DNA of 64,000 nucleotides from Candidatus Eiseniibacteriota bacterium (GTDB lineage: Bacteria; Eisenbacteria; RBG-16-71-46; CAIMUX01; VGJL01): NCBI GenBank assembly GCA_963792585.1, contig CAWBWI010000001.1, positions 1,344,001-1,408,000 on the forward strand, read 5' to 3'. Of this stretch, positions 58,341-64,000 are shown one piece after another; positions within the stretch are counted from its first letter, which is position 1; the number at the start of each line of letters is the position of its first letter. The notes below the pieces were generated by a model. That model saw only the letters and a list, made by a program, of their open reading frames with translations, was not told the DNA's origin and ran no database searches. The translations under genes were made by a program, and so were the position numbers.

Positions 58341-61300
58341 TCAGCGATTCCGTGTGATCTTCTCGAAGCGGGTGCAGCCGGCCGCCTCGAGACGAATCAC
58401 ATAGGTGCCCGATGGTAGAAGGGCACCGCCGCTCCGGCCGTCCCAATCGACATGCTGGCGTCCCGCGGGCCGGAGCCCGTCGACCAGAACCGCGATGCGG
58501 CGGCCGGCGAGATCGTGCACCGTGAGGCGGACCCCACCGGGCTCGCGGAGCGTGTAGTCCAGCTGCACACGCTCCGTGAACGGATTCGGCATCGCGGGTC
58601 TCAGTTCAACGGCTCCCCCCGCCGCCTCCGTCTCGACGACCTCCGCGCTCGCAGCGACTCGCGTGCGAAGATCGATCTCGCTCGGGCTGTTTCCCTGCGG
58701 CGAGAACCATGGCGTGCGAGGAAAGAAGGGCGATTCCGCTGCGATCCGTGCCCGCCACCGGTACGGCGTTCCCGGACTGAGGTCGGGTGGAATGAGCTCG
58801 TCGAGCATGACGACGCTGCCGATTCCGTCCGCAGGTGTTTCCGTTTGCCATGTGGACCCGCTGCGGATGGAACTCCCGTCGAAGGCAACGCCGAGGGGCT
58901 TAACTTCGTACTCCAGCCGCACGCGGCCCCGGCCGCACGCGGCGCGGCCGAGGGCCTTCAGTCGGAACGAGTACGGATTGTCCGAGAGTCCACGGAGAGC
59001 GATCGGCGAGACTCCGCCCACGGTCCAGGCGCTCGGCGTTCGCGGGAGTCCGCCGCCCCCGTTCCCGAGGTAGACGTAGGCTTTGCCGTCTCCCGGCGGG
59101 TACTGATCCGCCCAGGGATCGCCGACCGCCACATCACTGAAGCCGTCGCCATTGACGTCGCCTGCATTCGCGACGACATGCCCGAACAGACCGTGGACCG
59201 AGCTGTACCCATTCCAGAACGGTTCTTCACCGGGTCCGCTCGGGGATCCAAGGTAGACATAGGCCTGCCCGCGGCCACCGCCGCCGGACTGCCATGGATC
59301 GCCGATCGCGACGTCACCGAACCCGTCGCCGTTGACATCTCCGGCCGCGGCCACGTTCGTGTCGAAGACCCATCCCACCTGCGACGGCCTCGTCTCGGTT
59401 ACCCAACATGGATCCAGGCTCAGACCGGAGGCCGATCCACCAAACAGATAGACCCATCCATAGCTCGGGGCGGTCACGAGGACATCGCTATAGCCGTCGG
59501 CGTTCACGTCGCCGGCGGTTGCCACGGTATTGCCGAAGAGCGCTCCGGCAACCTCTCCGAATACGGTCCAGGCTGGAGCCTGCGCGAGGCCGAGGGGTCC
59601 GCCTTGAAAGACGTAGGCCGCGCCGTCGTCTCCCCCCGGCAAGTGGTCCGTGCGATGCGCGCCAATGATTACATCGCTGTACCCGTCCCCATTCACGTCC
59701 CCCGCCGAGGCGACGGACCAGCCCAGTTCGGCGCCCGCCTGGCCGCCGTCGGTCGTCCACGACGCCTGAGGCGAAGGGCCAGATGGAGAGCCAAGGTAGA
59801 CGAAGGCCTTTCCCTCATCTTCCTCAGGGTTGTCGTCTCCCATGGACCCGACGATGATGTCGCCATAGCCGTCACCATTGACATCTCCCGCGCCGGCGAC
59901 GGAGTAGCCAAAATGGTCGTTCTGGGCTCTCCCGCCCGTGGCGGTCCAAGCCGGCTGGGTTGACGGGCCGGTCGCAGAGCCCAAGAAGACGTAAGCGCGA
60001 CCATGGCCCCCCCCGTCGAGGTAGTAGGCACCGATGATGATGTCATCGTAGCCGTCCCCATTGACATCGCCGGCGCTCGCGATGGAGTGACCAAAATAGG
60101 CATAGCTGAGGGCGCCTACCTTGTCCCACGCGGCGGTCGACCCGAGACCCGATGAAGATCCGAGGTAGAGCCAAACCCGGCCGATCAGCACCTCGGCTCC
60201 GTTGTAGTACGGGCATGAGACCAGGAGATCGCTGTAGCCGTCGCCATTGACATCGCCTGCGGAGGCCATCGAGTACCCGAGGAATCCTCCCGTAAAATCT
60301 GTGTCCATGGTCCAACTCGGATCCGGGGTGGCCGGTCCCGCGGAGCCCGTGTAGGCGAAGGCACCGCCCTCCTCGCCCCGGCCGCTGTGTCGTTTCCACG
60401 CTCCGACGACGGCATCGCCGAATCCGTCGCCGTTGACATCGCCCGCCGAGCCCACGCAGTTGCCGAACGCCGACGGGTCCGGGTCGCCAAAAGCGGTCCA
60501 AGCGTGGGCAGCGCCGAGTCCCAGCGCGGAGCCGAGATAGACGAAGGCCGCGCCGGTTGCGATTCCACCGCTCTGCTCGAATGGAGCGCCGACGATCAAG
60601 TCGGCGAACCCGTCTCCGTTGACATCGCCTGCGGTCGAAACGGACGAGCCCATTCTCGCGCCGGCGACATCGCCGGGCACCATCCAGGCCGCGGTCGATC
60701 CCAGTCCCTCAGTCGAACCCAGGAATGCGTAGACCGCGCCGACGTCGATGGCCCCGACGTCGGTTGCCGGAGCGCCGATCGCGACGTCCGCATAGCCGTC
60801 ACCGTTCAGATCGCCCGCGCCGGAAACCGAAGCGCCGAACGCGTCGGCGGTTTGTACTCCATGCGAAATCCAGGATGCGGTCGTGGAGGGGCCGGAGGGT
60901 CCTCCGAAGTAGAGGCTCACTCTCCCCGGTAGCAACGGCGGTAGCCCGGAACCCGGAGCGCCCACGAGGAGGTCGGCGTATCCGTCCCCATTGACGTCGC
61001 CCGCTCCCGCGACCGAGGCGCCGTGGCCGGCCCTGGCCCGATTCCCGTCACTCGTCCAGGATGGCGACTCGGCAAGACCTGTCGCCCGCCCAAGGAAGAG
61101 GAAGGCGCGCCCGTCATCGGCCTCTCCCGCGTCGTAGCCGTCGGCGCCGACGATGAGATCGTCGAAGCCGTCGCCATTGACGTCGCCCGCCCCCGCGACG
61201 GATGCGCCGCACCGGGCCGCCGCCTGGCGTCCACGGAATCTCCACGACGGCGTCGTGCCCAGGCCGCTCGGAGAGCCGAGGAAGAGAAGGACGCACCCCT

Positions 61301-61709
61301 CGTCCTCCGCCCCTTCATGGAATCCAGGGGCGCCGATCACGACATCGTCGTGCCCGTCTCCGTTGATATCCCCCGCCGCGGCCACGGAGAAGCCAAGGTG
61401 CGCCCCGGCCACGCCGCCGGCAACCATCCAAGCCGGTTCGTCGGCCACCCCTTCCACAGACCCGAGGAAGACGAAGGCGCGCCCCTCCTCGCCCGCACCA
61501 CCCTTCCATTCCCCCACGATCAGGTCGCTGAACCCGTCGCCATCGACGTCGCCCGCTGTGGCAACCGAGACGCCGAAGTTGCCTCCAAACGTGTCTCCCT
61601 CGACGGCCCACACGGGTGAGTCGGTCAGTGGGGCGCAGTAAGAGGCGGGAGCGTGGAACGATCCAATCGCTGCAAGAAAGAGCGGTAAGGAAAGCAGAGT
61701 GTGGCGCAT
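58341..61709 (-). CDS. Secreted FG-GAP (integrin-alpha-like) protein with C-terminal FlgD-Ig/CTD-like domain
   Basis: 14 AGD[VIL][ND][GA]DG..D repeats; ends PNPFTERVQLDY...HDLAGRRIAVL...WDG...SGTYVIRL. Confidence 0.9.
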   Translation of the reverse strand: MRHTLLSLPLFLAAIGSFHAPASYCAPLTDSPVWAVEGDTFGGNFGVSVATAGDVDGDGFSDLIVGEWKGGAGEEGRAFVFLGSVEGVADEPAWMVAGGVAGAHLGFSVAAAGDINGDGHDDVVIGAPGFHEGAEDEGCVLLFLGSPSGLGTTPSWRFRGRQAAARCGASVAGAGDVNGDGFDDLIVGADGYDAGEADDGRAFLFLGRATGLAESPSWTSDGNRARAGHGASVAGAGDVNGDGYADLLVGAPGSGLPPLLPGRVSLYFGGPSGPSTTASWISHGVQTADAFGASVSGAGDLNGDGYADVAIGAPATDVGAIDVGAVYAFLGSTEGLGSTAAWMVPGDVAGARMGSSVSTAGDVNGDGFADLIVGAPFEQSGGIATGAAFVYLGSALGLGAAHAWTAFGDPDPSAFGNCVGSAGDVNGDGFGDAVVGAWKRHSGRGEEGGAFAYTGSAGPATPDPSWTMDTDFTGGFLGYSMASAGDVNGDGYSDLLVSCPYYNGAEVLIGRVWLYLGSSSGLGSTAAWDKVGALSYAYFGHSIASAGDVNGDGYDDIIIGAYYLDGGGHGRAYVFLGSATGPSTQPAWTATGGRAQNDHFGYSVAGAGDVNGDGYGDIIVGSMGDDNPEEDEGKAFVYLGSPSGPSPQASWTTDGGQAGAELGWSVASAGDVNGDGYSDVIIGAHRTDHLPGGDDGAAYVFQGGPLGLAQAPAWTVFGEVAGALFGNTVATAGDVNADGYSDVLVTAPSYGWVYLFGGSASGLSLDPCWVTETRPSQVGWVFDTNVAAAGDVNGDGFGDVAIGDPWQSGGGGRGQAYVYLGSPSGPGEEPFWNGYSSVHGLFGHVVANAGDVNGDGFSDVAVGDPWADQYPPGDGKAYVYLGNGGGGLPRTPSAWTVGGVSPIALRGLSDNPYSFRLKALGRAACGRGRVRLEYEVKPLGVAFDGSSIRSGSTWQTETPADGIGSVVMLDELIPPDLSPGTPYRWRARIAAESPFFPRTPWFSPQGNSPSEIDLRTRVAASAEVVETEAAGGAVELRPAMPNPFTERVQLDYTLREPGGVRLTVHDLAGRRIAVLVDGLRPAGRQHVDWDGRSGGALLPSGTYVIRLEAAGCTRFEKITRNR

Positions 61710-61762
61710 CACAACCTCCGGCAGTCATCGCGTGCGGTGGAGGATCACCCAAACCCGGATTG

Positions 61763-61791
61763 ATTATACCTCAGTGACGATGGAAACTCAA
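61763..61791 (-). promoter_or_regulatory. Near-consensus sigma70 promoter of the FG-GAP gene
   Basis: TTGAGT-N17-TATAAT. Confidence 0.7.
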
Positions 61792-61851
61792 CGCGGGCGC
61801 AGCGCAGTGCGGATGCAGCGCAGTGCGGTCGAATTGGCGGTTCCCGTGCGA

Positions 61852-62973
61852 TCAGACGGCGCGACGGCCGTCGGCCTGCGTCGGAACCCGAAAGACGACC
61901 CGCATGGTGCGGATCCGCCGCGCGTCCGTGGTGGCAACCTCGAGCAGGACATCTCCGAGTTCGAGTTCTTCGCCCGGGTGGGGTATGCGGGAGACGTGCT
62001 GAAGAAAGAGACCCGCGACCGTCTCGTAATCACCTTCCGGGAGGGAGATTCCGAAAATGTCCTCGAATTCCTCGAGACGCACGGTTCCGGCGACGAGCCA
62101 TGACCCATCCTCGAGCCGGCGCACGCGCACGGGCACCGACTCGTGCTCGCCCGCGAGCTCGCCGACCAGGATCTCGAGCAGGTCTTCAAGGGTGACGAGC
62201 CCCGCCATGGCGCCGAACTCGTCGGCGACGATGGCGGTGTCGTACCGTTCCCGGCGCATCGACTCGACGAGATCATCGCAACCCATCGTCTCCGGCACGA
62301 TGACTGCGGGTCGAGCGAGCCGCGAGGCCGTGACCCGTTCGTCGGGACACGACAGCAGGTCGACGAGATCGATCATCCCTACGGGCTGCTCGAAATCGCC
62401 CTCGAAGACGGGATAGCGTGAGTGGCTCCGGCGCGCGATCGTCTCCAGGATCTCGGCCTTTCCCGCAACCGCGCGGAGCCAAGTCACCTCGCTGCGCGGG
62501 ATCATCACCTTCTCGACCGTCTTCTTGGTGAGTTCGAGCACGTTCTCGTACGCGCGCACGGGCGGGCTCGCGGGCGGCGGAGGCGACGCGGCGCGAGAGT
62601 GGCGGAATCCCGAGACGGTCCAGTCGATCAGGAGCGCGGCCCCCTCGTAGGGTGCGAGCAGGGGCGCGACGCGATGGGCCGCCCGCGGCCACGCCACGCC
62701 GACCCAGTGCCCGGAGACGCGCGCTGCGACGATGCCTGCGAGCGCGGACGCGAACGCGGCGGTTCCCCCCGCAATTCCGGCGAGGACCGCTCCCGCGCAC
62801 GCGAAGCCCAGGGCGATGTGCAGCACCATGCCGCGATGGATGGCGAGAAGCGAGCGCGCATCGCGCGCCCGGCCGAGCACCCGCGGCAGGCGCGCGGGGA
62901 TGCGCGCGGCCGCCGACGCTGCAAAGAGGAGGAGCAGCGAGAGGATCGAGACGGCGGCAAGCAAGGCCGTCAT
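61852..62973 (-). CDS. HlyC/CorC-family CBS-domain membrane protein
   Basis: VMIPRSEV, HSRYPV, DEFGAMAGLVTLEDLLE, YETVAG; start refined to MTALLAA. Confidence 0.88.
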   Translation of the reverse strand: MTALLAAVSILSLLLLFAASAAARIPARLPRVLGRARDARSLLAIHRGMVLHIALGFACAGAVLAGIAGGTAAFASALAGIVAARVSGHWVGVAWPRAAHRVAPLLAPYEGAALLIDWTVSGFRHSRAASPPPPASPPVRAYENVLELTKKTVEKVMIPRSEVTWLRAVAGKAEILETIARRSHSRYPVFEGDFEQPVGMIDLVDLLSCPDERVTASRLARPAVIVPETMGCDDLVESMRRERYDTAIVADEFGAMAGLVTLEDLLEILVGELAGEHESVPVRVRRLEDGSWLVAGTVRLEEFEDIFGISLPEGDYETVAGLFLQHVSRIPHPGEELELGDVLLEVATTDARRIRTMRVVFRVPTQADGRRAV

Positions 62974-63731
62974 GACGTCTCCTCGTCGCCGCCGGCCAGG
63001 TGCCGGAAGAAGTCGCTGCGCGTCACCAGGCCGACGGTCCTGCTGTATTCGTCGACGACGATCGCCAGGTGACCGCGCTGGGCCCGGAAGAGCTCGAGCA
63101 GCGCAGCCGCCGTCGCGTCCCGTGAGATGAAGAAGGCACGCCGCATCAGACTCCGCAGCGGAGCGGCCGGGCGTCCCCCGAGCGCCGTGGGCACGAGGTC
63201 CTTTGCGTGCACGACGCCGACGATCCGATCGAGGCTCCCGTCGACCATCGGGATTCGGAGAAAACCGCTCTGGCGGATCTTCGTCAGCGCTCCGGCGAGT
63301 CCATCGGCGCAATCGGCGTACACGATCCTGTCCTTCGCGGTGGCGATTTCCCCCACCCGAAGCCGCGAGATCGCCAGCAGTCGGTCGAGGAACAGCCGCG
63401 CCTGCGGCTCGAGCAGTTCTTCGTTCGCAAGGCTCTCCGCCTCCTCCGCCGGCATTTCGACCGCCGGGCCCAGCGTCCCCACGCCCGTGCGACGGTTCCG
63501 GAGCGCCACGATCCAGAAGGGTCCTGTCCAGCAGAGCCCGAAGACAACGAACGCCAGCCGCTCCCACCCCCCTTCGCCGTGCACCAGCAGCCAGCCGGCC
63601 AAGGTGAACCCCGCCATGGACACCAGGTGGAGCGCGCCCCGGGTGTAGGAGGCGCGGCGATCGCTTCCGAGCACCAGGAGAATCGCGGGGGCGAGCAGGA
63701 TCGCGAGGGCGAGGAGTGCAGGTGCGATCAT
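62970..63731 (-). CDS. CBS-domain membrane protein (CorC-like, no C-terminal transporter-associated domain)
   Basis: Three TM segments, GFLRIP, GVVHAKDL, HLAIVVDEY...GLVT..D. Confidence 0.8.
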   Translation of the reverse strand: MIAPALLALAILLAPAILLVLGSDRRASYTRGALHLVSMAGFTLAGWLLVHGEGGWERLAFVVFGLCWTGPFWIVALRNRRTGVGTLGPAVEMPAEEAESLANEELLEPQARLFLDRLLAISRLRVGEIATAKDRIVYADCADGLAGALTKIRQSGFLRIPMVDGSLDRIVGVVHAKDLVPTALGGRPAAPLRSLMRRAFFISRDATAAALLELFRAQRGHLAIVVDEYSRTVGLVTRSDFFRHLAGGDEETS

Positions 63732-64000
63732 GCCTCGTCGACCACTCGAAGACCTCGGCGCCGGCACCATGCCTGATGACGACGCTCCCGAGGCCGCATC
63801 CGCGCAATCTGACGTGCGGTCGCATGATCGTAGCCAAGGACGTGGAGCGTGCCGTGGATCAGCATCCGGGCGATCTCGTCGCTCAGGGTCATCCGGCGTT
63901 CGCGCGCCGCGCGCGCGCACACCGGCACGCAGATGACGATTTCTCCAACGGGTACTGCGGAGGCGGGAAGCCCGGGCGGCGGCGCGCCGAGGGGAAAGGA
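63728..64000 (-). CDS. ybeY: rRNA maturation endoribonuclease YbeY (5' part outside the window)
   Basis: GEIVIC...IHGTLHVLGYDH motif. Confidence 0.9.
   Translation of the reverse strand, partial: SFPLGAPPPGLPASAVPVGEIVICVPVCARAARERRMTLSDEIARMLIHGTLHVLGYDHATARQIARMRPRERRHQAWCRRRGLRVVDEA

Overview
High-GC bacterial chromosomal window. The gene content (PorX/PorY-like pair, LptD, secreted proteins with FlgD-Ig/CTD-like C-termini, D-S/T-rich exported proteins) suggests a diderm FCB-group or related lineage such as Ca. Eisenbacteria; this is an inference. The left ~8.7 kb is an accessory island abutting the 3' end of tRNA-Arg(ACG) in a Ser(TGA)-Ser(GCT)-Arg(ACG) cluster. It carries a DISARM class I-like SNF2 helicase and an N6-adenine methyltransferase that runs off the window and is absent from the ORF track, plus an XRE HTH, an NDT/TIR-like-wHTH protein, a Trypco2-like protein and a membrane Zn-ribbon protein. 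The rest is mostly core genome on the minus strand: mnmA, pgi, cbs/cgl, lptD, folC, accD, rimI, tsaB, tsaE, porX, a kinase, serS, sugar-nucleotide genes, the pyrRBC-TPR-KDF operon, recO and ybeY, with cheY-cheX, a rhomboid, bcp and aroF on the plus strand, plus large secreted beta-propeller proteins. The best hidden signal is that two track ORFs (29756..30001 and 28559..29716) form one lipoprotein gene with an in-frame TGA in a C-G-U motif followed by a SECIS-like hairpin, i.e. a probable selenocysteine-containing UshA-like tetraheme cytochrome c upstream of the cbs-cgl genes. Region 45.2-48.4 kb and a site near 51.83 kb carry single-base indels in housekeeping genes that look like sequencing error.
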